DNA of 64,000 nt. Origin: Octopus sinensis (taxonomy: Eukaryota). The stretch is taken from positions 44,516,001 to 44,580,000 of the forward strand of contig NC_042999.1 of NCBI RefSeq assembly GCF_006345805.1. The letters are read 5' to 3'. How positions within the stretch are numbered: position 1 is the first letter of the stretch; each line of letters begins with the position of its first letter. The notes under the pieces are model-generated. The model was given only the letters and a program-made list of their open reading frames with translations, ran no database searches and was not told the DNA's origin. The translations under genes and the position numbers were made by a program. Positions 1-11,971 of the stretch are shown piece after piece.

Positions 1-614
1 ACAAGCATACAGTTTATTGGCATCAAATGGTATTTTAGCCTGAAACCAAATCATAACATTTGGGTTTTTAACATGAAAGATTACAAATACATTTTAAGCT
101 TAACTCAAACACAGCCGTAAAAGCCATGCCAAAACAGACCTCTGACTTACCAGCTCCTGTCAAACTGTCCAACCCATGCCAGCATAGAAAGCGGACATTA
201 AATGATGATGATGATGAAATTCATCCAGATATGTAAAATGTTGCCAACATCATCAAACATTTGTTGCCCATGTGGGCATTGGTTGGGCAGTTTGACCAGA
301 GCTGGCAAGCTGCACCAGACTCCAGTCTGATTTGACATGGTTTCTACAAACTGGATGCCCTTCCTAACGCCAAGCACTTTACAGAGTGTGCTGGGTGATT
401 TTATGTGGCACTGCACGGGCACTTTTATATACCACTGCCACGAGTACTTTTCACCACCAGAGGGAAATAATTGTCATACTTATTATCATTGTTAACATAC
501 CAGAAACAAAAACTATTAAACCCAATAGTATAATACAGTTCTATATTTAAGAGATGAGGAATTATGTACATTATTTACAATTGTTGGATATTTGTCCTCA
601 TCTTGTTTGTTGTT

Positions 615-660
615 GACACAATGTTTCGGCTGATATACTCTCCAGCCTTCATCAGGTATC
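615..660 (-). ncRNA. Minimal type-I hammerhead-ribozyme-like motif in a ~170-bp dispersed repeat (537-700)
   Basis: Minus strand GATAC-CTGATGA-A-GGCTG-(10 nt)-CAGCC-GAAAC-AT-T-GTGTC: core boxes, 5-bp stem II, 5-bp stem I (one G-U). Confidence 0.6.
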
Positions 661-813
661 TTGGGGAAATTTCGCACCTGGGTTCTTATTCCTAAAGTAT
701 TATAACTCAACAAGGTAGTCTAACTCAACAATACTCATTTTTAATTCTGCTAGTAATTCATCTCATATTCCTTTTCTTAATGAAGTATTGCAAACCAAGA
801 ATAGATTATTTAA

Positions 814-1027
814 CCCTTTAGTATTTAGATTATTTTGTTAAATGTAATACTTATTTATTCATGTTTTGAATTAATCATGCATTATCTTGTAACTTCAAGA
901 TTCTAATGATTGGGTAGTTTATTTTTTGAAAGACATTGTAGGGTGGGTGTGAGAGGCCAAATTTGGCTAGTTTGAACATAAAGCGGGTTGAACTGGCTAG
1001 AAATGGCCAGTTTAAATGCCAAAAGGG
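814..1027. mobile_element. piggyBac-type MITE, family 1 (~215 bp)
   Basis: TTAA|CCCTT ... AAGGG|TTAA termini with TTAA TSD; related copies at 10709-10927, 13982-15372 (interrupted), 17533-17720, 44785-44992, 52070-52254 and 57305-57500. Confidence 0.8.
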
Positions 1028-1280
1028 TTAACTTAACTTCAAAATAGACTAACAGGAAATATGCTTACTAAATTAACGACACAAAGTTGATGGATTTTTA
1101 CTTAGTTACTGGTTCAAAACTATACTCTTTGACAATAGTGTGTCATGTAGAATGACTTGTAGCAGGCCACTAGCACAAGTAATTAATTGTAGAATTTTCT
1201 TTCTCAAGTCAAAAATGAAAGAAAACAAACAAACACACACACACACACACACTTACACAAATTTAAAAATAAGACTTTAC

Positions 1281-1372
1281 CTTCAATCGTTTTAAAATCC
1301 ATTGCATTAAACCTTGTTGAGAAGAATCTGGACAAATCTCTGGACGGAACTCTGTGAGGTTTTCCATTATAC
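1281..1372 (-). CDS. CTNNBL1: CTNNBL1 coding exon 7 (GIMENLTEFRPEICPDSSQQGLMQWILKRLK); gene continues beyond the window's left edge
   Basis: TTTATCAG|GT ... AAG|GTAAAG; matches AIVENMAEFRPEMCTEGAQQGLLQWLLKRLK. No further exon found in 1-1280. Confidence 0.94.
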
Positions 1373-1654
1373 CTGATAAAGCATTCAATACCATCATTTC
1401 AATTACTCAAATAAAATACACTCTTCCGTTAAAAACAGATACTAGTATTATAGAGAATAACTAGACAACACTTTATTGCTGCCTAGTTGTCAGCTATAAT
1501 TAAGTAACATTAATCAGACCATACCTCAAATATGAAAACAGTCTAATCAATAAAGTTTTAAACTCTTAAGAAACTGTGAAATGAAACTGCACAAACTAGC
1601 AGAAGTTTGAGTCTTAAAAAAAACTAAATCAATGAGTAAAGGTTTTAGTCTTAA

Positions 1655-3145
1655 CCCTTTCGTTACTATATTTCTGACCAAATTACACCCCTTATGTGTT
1701 TCAATTAATTTCTAACGTAATCATAAATTTAGTCTGGTTTCATTAAACAACTATAACTTTTTTATTTATCGATATATTAATCTGATTTTTGGAAGATAAT
1801 TTAATGAAATATTCTCAACCAATTCTATACTCTTTACTCTCTTTTACTCTTTTACTTGTTTCAGTCATTTGACTGCGGCCATGCTGGAGCACCACCTTTA
1901 CTTGAGCAACTCGACCCCGGGACTTATTCTTTGTAAGCCCAGTACTTATTCTATCGGTCTGTTTTGCCGAACCGCTAAGTGACGGGGACATAAACACACC
2001 AGCATCGGTTGTCAAGCAATGCCAGGGGGACAGACGCACAGACACACACGGATACACATACATACATATATATACATATATACGACGGGCTTCTTTCAGT
2101 TTCCGTCTACCAAATCCACTCACAAGGCTTTGGTCGGCCCGAGGCTATAGTAGAAGACACTTGCCCAAGGTGCCACGCAGTGGGACTGAACCCGGAACCA
2201 TGTGGTTTGTAAACAAGCTACTTACCACACAGCCACTCCTGCGCCTATAATTTTTGTCACAAAGTGACTGTAATTGCAGGTAGATACAGGTAAATTCCAC
2301 AAAATATAAAATTATTAAAATTTTGTTCAAACATCGCTATAGAAAATGGGTTATTAGCTAATATTCAATTGGGTATACAACAAAATTTTACGATAGAATT
2401 TGTTATTCTGGGTAACTTTCTGATACCCATAATAATATTTATGGCAAAATAGTCTTAATTTCATTTAAGGTTGTGGGAAACCACAAACTAAACTTTCTTT
2501 TGTTTTGTTTACATTTTAGCGTAACAGTTCGTTTCTGCTGTAATGTTTCAAATAGGCTCATTCGAAAAAGTAAATAGAAATAGTCTAAGGTTTTACCCTT
2601 CTGGGAAAGTCTGTGGCTTGGTCCAGTTTCTTCAGAAAAATCACCGAAAGAAACAGTTTTTAAATTTTCACTCCATTCAGGTGCCAATTCGTTTTCTTTA
2701 TCGCTATCGGAGATCTCAGATTCACTGTTTTCACTTTCGGAAAATGAAACATCAGATTCATTATCAAATACCACATGCTTTTTTTTTTCAGTCATAGAGT
2801 TAGATTTATGAAGGTCTTCAGTAGAAAATCCTTCGAATTCTGACTCGCTGCTTGATATAATGAAATTCGTATCCATTTTTTGTCAGAATTACAAATTTTG
2901 AAAACACAATAGGAACAAATTTCGGAAAAAAATCTCCCAAAATTCACGGAATTAAAATTACACTTCGATTATTGTACAAAACTGTAGTTGAACTGTTTAC
3001 GAAGTATAATACGTGTTTTCACGAATGTACTGAAGAGATTTGCTCTGATATTCTCATTTAAATATGAATAGGTAAATTCGGGCGGCTTTGTCTCATAAAC
3101 CAAAATTTTTTTCGGGCGGCTTTGGGCGGTTTGGTAACGAAAGGG
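1655..3145 (-). mobile_element. Internally deleted piggyBac element with 5' transposase remnant (ORF 2439-2876) and a nested SINE
   Basis: TIRs CCCTTTCGTTAC at both ends, TTAA at 1651-1654 and 3146-3149. The ORF has an acidic N-terminus followed by F-x-EETGP...LDYFYLLF...W-x-PTTLNEIK, typical of the start of PGBD/DDE_Tnp_1_7 transposases. Confidence 0.8.
1830..2245 (-). mobile_element. tRNA-derived SINE family A, full length, internal (TA/TG)n, (TAAAAGAG)n-like tail
   Basis: Head GGCGCAGGAGTGGCTGTGTGG (A box) ... GGTTCAGTCCC (B box), CCTTGGGCAAGTG motif; many copies in the window. Confidence 0.85.
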
Positions 3146-4475
3146 TTAATGGTTAAGAGTGGATCCCCAATGCACTATTTAATATTTAAGCTCACCTGCT
3201 TCCAGTTGTTCTCAGTACTAGAATTTGAGTACAGAAAATTTTTTTTCTAAGTGAATATGCTCTGATGTATGATATAATGTAACAAAAAAAAAGACAAAAC
3301 AAATAATTAGATAAAATCTAATCTATAACAGACAAATCAAATATAATAGAATCTGGGGGCAATTTGTGAAATATAAGGATTAATGAATACAAATCAGCCC
3401 AAAGAGCTACTGAATGCAAAATATGAGTTTAAACAAAGATTTTATATGGGTGAACAATCTACTAGTATCATCATTGTTTTAAGCCAGTTTCTCTATGCCA
3501 AAATAGGTAGGATGATTCTAATACAACACCATCAGATCAGAACACGCCATGGCTTCTTCAATTTCATTGTGGGCTCCATTAGTATCATCAGTTTGCCATA
3601 AATGCATTATGGCTAGTGGTAGACATAGTCTTTAATTCTTCAGTGGGTAGATGGTAGCAGTTTTGTATTAAATTTTGCATTTTGTCAGTACAGGAAGACA
3701 CTCAACAAAATTTTTTTTCAATGATTTGGCAGCTTTTCAGTTTATTTTTACAGCTGACTAAAAGAAAACAAACTTAAAGCTTTCTGTTAAACTATTTACA
3801 ATTTCAATAAGTTTTTTGGATTTAAGAACTTTATCGATTAGTCTGTTATATTTGAGGGATGTTCAGATTAATGTTGTTTGATGATAAATGATAACTAGAC
3901 AGCAATGAAGTATTGCTTAGTAATTAGTGTTATTCCATCTATATCATTTGATACTGTTTTAATTGTCATCTTTCATACACATTACATATCTGTAACAATG
4001 CAATCTTATCTCTTGCATACTAGACGAATCCATTGATGACCCTATTTTTGTCTCAGTTAACCTGTACTGTTGTTCATGAATGAAAAATATTACACATTTA
4101 ATGAAGCATGTTCACTGTATTTCTTTACAGCCTTTGTGTATCATCCCCATTTAATTCCTATACCTCACTACCATGCAACACTGCACATTGAATAAAAAGG
4201 TTTATATAATCTACTTAGTCACTGATACAGGCAAGATCAACCTCAATTCATTTATGCATGAACTTAGTAAGTTTCTGAAACATTAACTAAAACACTTAAA
4301 ACTGCTAAAAGTAGCAGGCAATTTTCCATTAAGTAATATGTTTGGGAAAAAGAAAGAAAAAAAACTCAAACAAGATGGTCATGGCTAGAATGCTTTTGAT
4401 CAAAGATCTGCTAGATGAAGACCAATCTGTGGTTAAATACAACACTTAGTTACGGAAAGTTAATAGACACCTTAC

Positions 4476-4569
4476 CTAAAGTATTATGTACACCATCAGC
4501 CTCTTCCTTTACAGTTTCATCAAGCCTTTCCAGATTTTGAACCAGCAAAGCTACAATCTGTCCATCCAA
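4476..4569 (-). CDS. CTNNBL1: CTNNBL1 coding exon 6 (LDGQIVALLVQNLERLDETVKEEADGVHNTL)
   Basis: TTTTCACAG|TTG ... G|GTAAGG; near-identical to the conserved VDGQVVALLVQNLERLDESVKEEADGVHNTL. Confidence 0.95.
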
Positions 4570-5258
4570 CTGTGAAAATATATAAAATCACATGTGAGAA
4601 GTGTGTATGTACGCAGGGATGCTCGCGTGCATGTGTGTTGATGCTGATTCTAATGTATTTACTAACATGTGTATACTGAATCATGATGTTGGCTTTGTAC
4701 AATGTCTTTTGGGGAAACACAACATTTTTGTATCAATTTACTTACTAAGAAATAGAAACAACTTCAATTATTTGTTGCTAGGAAAATCATTAGACTAATT
4801 ACTAATTTATTTCTGAAAGAAAATATAAAAGAATATGACTTAATAATATAAAACCAAGTAAAAGTACTCAATGATAGCCTACATGGGCCGAAATTCAGTT
4901 TTTACGATAACGCAGACTTGAGTGTCAAGGGACATAACAAATGCCACAAAGTTATTTTGTTTGTCTCCCTCATGATTTTGCCAACCTCTACCAATATGTA
5001 TACTGTTGGCTCTCATAGTCTGTGTTTCTGATTAATGGCTTTACATCTTTACAAGAATTTTCAGTAACAAAAATAAAGAAGATTGATTTTTTTAATTACA
5101 AAAAAAAAAAAAAAAAGTGTAACTCAATATGCGCTGCACGTAAAAGATATCTAAGTGGATAAACGTGATAAACGTGTCTTTCAATTAAGCCATAAGTCTA
5201 TGTAATAAATTGGAGAAAACCGGCAACCTCACCAACCCCACCAGCTTCTCTTGCTTAA

Positions 5259-5480
5259 CCCTTTCATTACCATATTTCTGTTGAGATGCTCTGTGTTTTT
5301 TTCAATTAATTTTAAATATAACAAAGAATTTAGTAAAATAATGTAGTCATCATTAAGCTAGTGTTAGGAACATAAATTGTGACTAAGGTTTGGTAGAAGA
5401 TTTTAATTCAGATCTTTTGAAAACAAGACATTTGTATTACAGAGCCAGAGGCGGTTTCAGGTGGGTTGGTATCAAAAGGG
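5259..5480. mobile_element. piggyBac-type MITE, family 2 (~220 bp)
   Basis: TTAA|CCCTTTCATTAC ... AAAAGGG|TTAA; second copy at 6675-6894. Confidence 0.8.
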
Positions 5481-6674
5481 TTAATATCATTGTATTTATT
5501 TCATTTCAATATACCATTCTGTTATCAGCAAGTGAATATTAACAAGACACTTTACCTTGCTCTTTACAAGTTCTTAAACGAGCAATACATATATCATACA
5601 TATAAATATATATTATTGTTTATCAGTGTTTTAACATTCACTTGTGCATGTTTGCATGTGCGGGACAGAATTTATTGAGGCAGATTTTATAGAGCTGATG
5701 CCCTTCCTATTGTCAACTCATACTTGTTTTTAGCAAAACAATATTTTCCCATGGCTAGATATCTTTTTCCTAGAAAACGGTAAATGAAAGACAATGTTTG
5801 TATGACGAGGACACTCATTTACAACTATTATGCAGTGCCAAGAGAAAGACATAAGTACACTTGCAGTTGCTGATGCACTGAATACACAAACTACCATAGA
5901 AAGTTGGTGACTCAAATTTTTGCTAGCTTATATGTGTGTGTGTGTGTGCATGCGTGTATATCATCATCATTATTTAACGTCTGCTTTCCATGCTGGCTTG
6001 GGTTAGATGGTTCGACATTGAAATTAGTAAGCTGAGGAGCTGCTCCAGGTTCCAGTCTGGTTTGGCATGGCTTCTACAGCTGGATGCCCTTCCTAATGCC
6101 AACCACTCCAAGAGGAATGTAACGGGTGTTTTTTACATACAAGTTATGGGATACCGGCATCAACCATGACTATGATTTCACTTGGCTAGATGAGCCTTCT
6201 CAAGCACAGCATATCGCCAAAAGTCTTGGTTACTTGTTATCACCTCTGTGAGGCCCAACATTCGAAGATCACGCTTCACCACCTTGTCCTATGTCTTCCT
6301 GGTTATAGATATATATATATATGAATGACAAGCTTCTTTCAGTCTCAAACAAATCCACTTACAAGGCTCTGGCTGGTCATGGGCTTATAGCAGAACAAAT
6401 TAACTTATAAAATCAAGAATTGTCCCTGTGTATGTCTGTGTGTGTATGAACATACACACACATATAAAAATTGGCTTCTACACAGTTTCTGTCAACCAGA
6501 TTTCATTCGCAAAGTCTTTAGCTGACTTAAAGCTATGGTAGAAGTTGACTCACTGTGTGTCAAAGATTTGAACCTGGATCAACATAATTGCAAAGAAAAT
6601 ATCTAAATCATATGACAAATCAGTAAATTAAAGATATTGGGGAGATGAAGAGGTGTCAGGCACTAGAAATTTAA

Positions 6675-6894
6675 CCCTTTCGTTACTGAATTTATTATGA
6701 GATGCTCTGTATTTCTTTCAATTACTTTAAATATAACAAAGAATTTAGTAAAATAACTTGGTTATCATTAAGCTAGTGTTAGGAACATAAATTGTGATTA
6801 AGGTTTGGTGGAAGATTTTAATTTAAAACTTATGTAAACAAGACATTTGTACTCAGAGCCAGAGCTGGTTTCAGCCAGGTTGTTAACGAAAGAG
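6675..6894. mobile_element. piggyBac-type MITE, family 2, second copy
   Basis: TTAA|CCCTTTCGTTAC ... GAAAGAG|TTAA; colinear with 5259-5480; 28 bp from the exon 5 donor. Confidence 0.8.
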
Positions 6895-6922
6895 TTAAGT
6901 TAGAAGTTTCACTGATACTTAC

Positions 6923-7020
6923 TAATGCATCAACAAGGGCTGTTGCACCATCTTCACTTTCGTTTAAGGTATCAACATCAGTCAATTCCTGGATGAGATC
7001 AACTACAGCAATTGAAATAT
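6923..7020 (-). CDS. CTNNBL1: CTNNBL1 coding exon 5 (D-ISIAVVDLIQELTDVDTLNESEDGATALVDAL)
   Basis: AC| acceptor, TTA|GTAAGT donor; matches the conserved VSIAVVDLLQELTDIDTLHESEEGAEVLIDAL. Confidence 0.95.
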
Positions 7021-8613
7021 GTAACACTGTTAAGGAAACACACACTCCTGGTATAAATGTTGTCATCATCCATTCATTAAATGAATTTAGATGAATATAA
7101 CTCGAAACATTGCCTCGTGTCACTGACATCTTGATCCAAGAGGTTAATCCTGGTAAAACACGTGTTTTCAAGATCTACTTTTCCTAGAAAAAGAGTATCA
7201 GGCAATTAATACTGTTTATAGAAGGATGAACCATTAGGTAGCTTCTACATGGTTACTGAGCTCGCTAAATCTCTATCAAATCACATTTGTCTTGTCTTGA
7301 GAGAAAGAAACAAAAGAGATAATGGATAATGCATTCCTAGATATCATTAACAAGACTGGCTGGTCATGGCTAGAACATCTTCAATCATAGACTTGCGGGA
7401 TGGATGTTGACCTGGGTCTAAAATCATCAAAAATTTGTTTGGTGATAAGTCCAACTGCTGATAAACTCAGCACTAAAACCAAAACCATACTCACTGAGCT
7501 AAGTGCTGTTATTTGTTGAAGTAGTGCAATACTTAAAGCTAGATGCATTGTCACTGAGAGTTAAGTATCTTGGCTATGAACTCAGTATAGAACTAGGAAT
7601 AGCATATGAACTATTTACACTTTGATTCATTAACCAGTACTTTGCCAATGCAACTGTGACACTCTTTCACACATAGTATAAAGCCATTAAATTGTGTTAA
7701 GAATAACACTTAAACCATGCTAAAAACTAGTTATTGTACATTTTCATTGGGAAAGACATGCAAAATAGGATGTTGATAAAATGAAGGAGAGTTTTATTAC
7801 TCTTTACTCTCTTTTACTTGTTTCAGTCATTTGACTGTGGCCATGCTGGAGCACCACCTTTAGTCGAGCAAATCGACCCCAGGACTTATTCTTTGTAAGC
7901 CTAGTACTTATTTTACTGGCCTCTTTTGCCGAACTGCTAAGTTACGGGGACGTAAACACACAAGTATCAGCTGTCAAGCGATGTTGGGGGGGACAAACAC
8001 AGATACACAAACATATACACATACATATACATATACATATATACGATGGGCTTCTTTTAGTTTCCGTCTACCAAATCCACTCACAAGGCTTTGGTCGGTT
8101 CGAGGCTATAGTAGAAGACACTTGCCCAAAGTGCCATGCAGTGGGACTGAACTCGGAACAATGTGGTTTGTAAGCAAGCTACTTACTACATTAGTAAAAT
8201 AAGAAAAGAAATAATAAACAAGAGCAATCAGAGAGTGTAAACCTCCACCAAGGAAACACCAACTTCATCTCAATGATTAACCAGAAATGATTTTTAAAAT
8301 GAGAATATCTGAAATAAACTAGACTGCTATCACAAACAAAAATACTAAAAATGAACCCAACCGCTCTCAAAAATTAAGTAAAAAAAACAGGAAAAATAAT
8401 CTGGAATCCTTGTCCAGTACTGGATTGATTGCAAAATCTAATCAGGTCATACCAGTCACGAGGCCAAACATCCCTGAAAGTTTTATCTGAATCCATGCAG
8501 CGGTTCTTGAGATATCTTGTCCATGAACAAACAAACAAACAAACGTGGCTGAAAAAATTACCTCCGCCTTCACACACAACAAACAAAAACAAGTTGTCAT
8601 ACACAAAGGATAT
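7021..8613 (-). other. CTNNBL1: U12-type (minor spliceosome) AT-AC intron, CTNNBL1 intron 4
   Basis: 5' end ATATCCTTT (8613-8605), branch point TTCCTTAAC (7037-7029), 3' end AC (7022-7021). Splicing joins G+AT into GAT (Asp) and restores HDNT-D-ISIAVVD in frame. Confidence 0.93.
7797..8190 (-). mobile_element. SINE family A copy inside the U12 intron
   Basis: Colinear with 1830-2245. Confidence 0.85.
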
Positions 8614-8753
8614 CAGTGTTGTCATGTGTTAATAACTGTAATAGTGACTGTACAGTGTTTAGTTCTACTAAAACATGATAGAGTGCAGGCACAGTTGCTA
8701 CCACATGCATTTCATGGAGGACATCATTCAGTTCCATTTCAGATTCCATAAAC
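8614..8753 (-). CDS. CTNNBL1: CTNNBL1 coding exon 4 (FMESEMELNDVLHEMHVVATVPALYHVLVELNTVQSLLQLLTHDNT)
   Basis: TGACAG|G acceptor; near-identical to the conserved FMESELDLNDIIQEMHVVATMPDLYHLLVELNAVQSLLGLLGHDNT; ends at U12 donor G|ATATCCTTT. Confidence 0.95.
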
Positions 8754-8864
8754 CTGTCAAAGAATATTACAGAACACATTATAAGAGAAGAAAGAATAAA
8801 ATGTTTAACAGATGTAGTAATAAATAAATGTAGTATAGAAGAAGGAAAAAGAAAATCATCATCA

Positions 8865-9135
8865 TCATCGTTAACGTCTGTTTTCCATGCTAACATGGGT
8901 TGGACGGTTTGACCGGGGTCTGGGAAGCCAGGAGGCTGCACCAGGCTCCAGTCTGATCTAGCAGTGTTTCTACAGCTGGATGTCCTTCCTAACACCAACA
9001 ACTCCGTGAGTGTAGTGGGTGCTTTTTACATGCCACCGGCACAGGTGCCAGGGGAGGCTGGCAATGGCCATGATCGGTTGGTGCTTTTTACATGCCACGT
9101 TTGGATGGTGCTTTTTATGTGCCACTGGCACGGTA
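8865..9135 (-). mobile_element. RTE-LINE 3' end / derived short copy with (GAT)n tail
   Basis: (CAT)n-CGTTAACGTC...TTCCATGCTAACATGGGTTGGACGG motif shared with the long RTE copies. Other short copies near 140-215, 5960-6300, 18000-18155, 29650-29848, 34459-34620 and 37575-37750. Confidence 0.8.
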
Positions 9136-9727
9136 AAATATATTTATAATATGAATAGGTGTACTAGAGTTAACAAAATTTCATAATCTGTTTCTTGATT
9201 AGTTGTAATATTCAAGATACATTAAAAAGTTTGGTTATGGAAAATTGCCAACTTTAATCTGTCATATAAACTGAAATTTGTATATTAACATGAATAATGA
9301 CCACAATCCTACATCCTGATGCAGCTTTGGGCCTCAAATGAAGATATATTTGTAATTATTGGATGGTTTAAAAATGATGAACTGATAAAATATGTGATAA
9401 AAAAAAAAAGACTTAGTAAAACGGTCACAAAAAATTGCAAATTTAAACTCAGCTTCTGCAGGCCTTATCATCAGCTAACTCCCAAAACCCAGCACCTATT
9501 TCTCACCTACTGTATGTTCTACCAACAGTCAACCTGCCGGAATTCAAGCTGAACATAGATTGCATTGAAAATCTCCAATGTAAGATACTTGTAAATGTTA
9601 CAGGCATTAACACCTCTGCCTAGAGTAAACTGTAATTAAAAAAAATCCAACTATTGCACAATCTAGAAATAACCAACAAAAACCATTACGACAAAGTATA
9701 AGGTTTAAAAAAGTATTATATGTTTAC

Positions 9728-9834
9728 TTTTCTGGCATATCAGGAAATTTGACTCTCATTTCTTGATTTTTGTAGACTCGTTTTTCAAATTGAAGCAACA
9801 TTCTTTTCAGAGCAATTTCATCAAGAACGTCAAT
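9728..9834 (-). CDS. CTNNBL1: CTNNBL1 coding exon 3 (IDVLDEIALKRMLLQFEKRVYKNQEMRVKFPDMPEK)
   Basis: TTACAG|ATT ... AA|GTAAAC; matches the conserved LDE-x-SVKKMILTFEKRSYKNQELRIKFPDNPEK segment. Confidence 0.95.
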
Positions 9835-10119
9835 CTGTAAGGTAAACAGAAAATATTTGATCTATATTTTAACAATAATTTCATTTCATGTAATAATTCT
9901 CATCATATATGCCTACCAAATTGATTCTGCTTGTCTATATAACATCCTCTTTTATTGGTCTCAGTCACTTGGATTGCAGCTATGCTGGAGCTCATTGTCT
10001 TCAAGGGATTTTAATTGAGTATAACAGTTTTAAAATATTTGCAATATTTCATCAACCACCAAGTTTTATATTGTGTTCTTGTAAAGTATTTATAAATGAT
10101 TTTTACTTTGTAACCACAT

Positions 10120-10500
10120 AGTTTGGGATTCAGTCTCACTTTGACCCATGTCTTACTGGGTGTCCTACTTCCACAAGTTCCATCCATTTTAAGTGATTGG
10201 CACTTCTTTAAGCAACTGTCCTCATCCATATGCATCACATGACCAAACCAGTACAGTCTTTTCTCTTGCATATTGCATCTAATTCCTCATATGCCTAACT
10301 TTTCTCTCAATACTCTGTTGTACATGTACACTGACACTGCGCATCCAACAGAACATATCAGGTCCTTCCTCTCTAGTCTTTGCATGTCCTCTGCATTCAG
10401 GGCCTATGTCTCTTAGAGAGAGAAACTTCTGGTTGCCAACAGAGATAAAAGCTCTCTGAACTTTCTTCATCTTATTCTTATTCTAGTAATTACACTTTCA
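10120..10500 (-). mobile_element. Decayed RTE-LINE RT C-terminal fragment
   Basis: Translation RLYWFGHVMHMDEDSCLKKCQSL...G-x-RTPSKTW matches the younger RTE copies. Similar decayed + strand fragments at ~24030-24370 and ~25600-26290. Confidence 0.7.
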
Positions 10501-10708
10501 GTACATCCTTCTCCACTACTAATTAGGTCCCTTAGGTAGCAGAAATTAGTCGCTACCTAAAATTTAAATATTAATATACTGAAGTGAATACACACACATA
10601 CACGTTTAAAAACATATATATAATCATAATGAGTCAACTAAAAAGTATCCTCTGCGCAGCTTTATATTAATAATTCTTCTTAAAATGTTACTTCTCAGGG
10701 TAGTTTAA

Positions 10709-10927
10709 CCCTTTAGCATTCAGATTATTCTGTCAAATGTAACACTTTTTAATTCAAATTGTTTTTAATTAATCCTGCATTATTTTGCAGCTTTGAAATT
10801 TTGATGATGTGACTGTATATTTTATAATGGCATTGAAGGGTAGGTATGATAGGCTTGATCTGGATGGCCAGAACATAAAACAGGAAGCACATTTCGGCCG
10901 GATATGGCCGGTTTAAATGCTAAAGGG
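10709..10927. mobile_element. piggyBac-type MITE, family 1
   Basis: TTAA|CCCTTTAGCATT ... AATGCTAAAGGG|TTAA, a perfect 12-bp TIR. Confidence 0.85.
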
Positions 10928-11103
10928 TTAAATAGTGATGTCTATGATTGTACTAGATTACTAGTGCAGTTCACAAAATAATAAGATGGTCTTTGTTTAA
11001 TTGCTTTTATCATTGTTATTATTAATAGTACATTTAAGAATCCATTCAATTCATGCCAACATGAGAAATGGACTTAAAATGAACGAATGAAATTGATACT
11101 AAC

Positions 11104-11283
11104 CTCAGGCTCTTCATCCTCAACTATCTGAGCAATTTTGACACGAGTCTCTTCAGATAACTGAGATTCAGCTCTCATCAGATCGTTTTCTGAAAATTTA
11201 CTTTTCTTAGGATAGTCACTTTCATTTTCATTTTCACCTTCATAATGTCGCTGCCGTTTATGACTGAATCCAGGTTTTTCTGG
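11104..11283 (-). CDS. CTNNBL1: CTNNBL1 coding exon 2 (PEKPGFSHKRQRHYEGE...KIAQIVEDEEPE)
   Basis: T-rich acceptor ...TCATAG|CCA, donor GAG|GTTAGT, 180 nt open, in frame with exons 1 and 3; basic/acidic N-terminal region as in CTNNBL1. Confidence 0.88.
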
Positions 11284-11379
11284 CTATGATGATAATAATA
11301 ATATAACAATAATAATAATGATGATAATACAATAATGATAATAATGATAACAATAAAAAAAAAAAAATAATATACACTA

Positions 11380-11970
11380 CAAAATCAGTACTCCTGTTTA
11401 CTGGTATGAACATCACCCCAAGCCAGTTGTTGGAGGTAAAAATAATGTCACTATACTCTGGGATTTTCCAGTCAACACTGACAGAATGATCCAGGCTAAT
11501 CGACCAGATATAATTATTAAAGACAGGGAAGAAAACACTTGTAGACTAATAGATATAAGTGTTCCCACTGAAAAATATATCTGTAAAGGAATTTGACAAA
11601 TTAAGTAAATATAAGGACCTGGAAACTGAATTACAAAAGATGTGGGATCTTAAAGTGAGAACTGTTCATGTTGTTCTAGGTACCCAAGGTATGATAAAAA
11701 GGGATGTCAGAAACATCTAGATAAGATTCCAGGAGAACCTTGTCTCAAAGAAATCCAAAGGATTTAAATATCTGTGTTGTATTACAAGAAGATATTTTGC
11801 TACTGCTCCTACCACTTCCCCATCCCCAAGCTTTCAGTCAAACTGTAACATCTCTTATCTTTCACTTGCCTCAGGATGCTGGCTGTGTCTCAGCAAGTGA
11901 CTGTAACAAAAATGCAGATTAAAAGTAAAAAATAACAATAATAGAAATGATAATAAAAATAATAATAATA
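11380..11970 (+). mobile_element. 3' fragment of an R4/Dong-like non-LTR retrotransposon (restriction-like endonuclease domain), frameshifted, (TAA)n tail
   Basis: From 11399: WYEHHPKPVVGGKNNVTILWDFPVNTDRMIQANRPDIIIKDREENTCRLIDISVP, then after a frameshift KEFDKLSKYKDLETELQKMWDLKVRTVHVVLG. This is the RPDI...D...K..KY RLE signature. Confidence 0.75.
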
Positions 11971-11971
11971 A

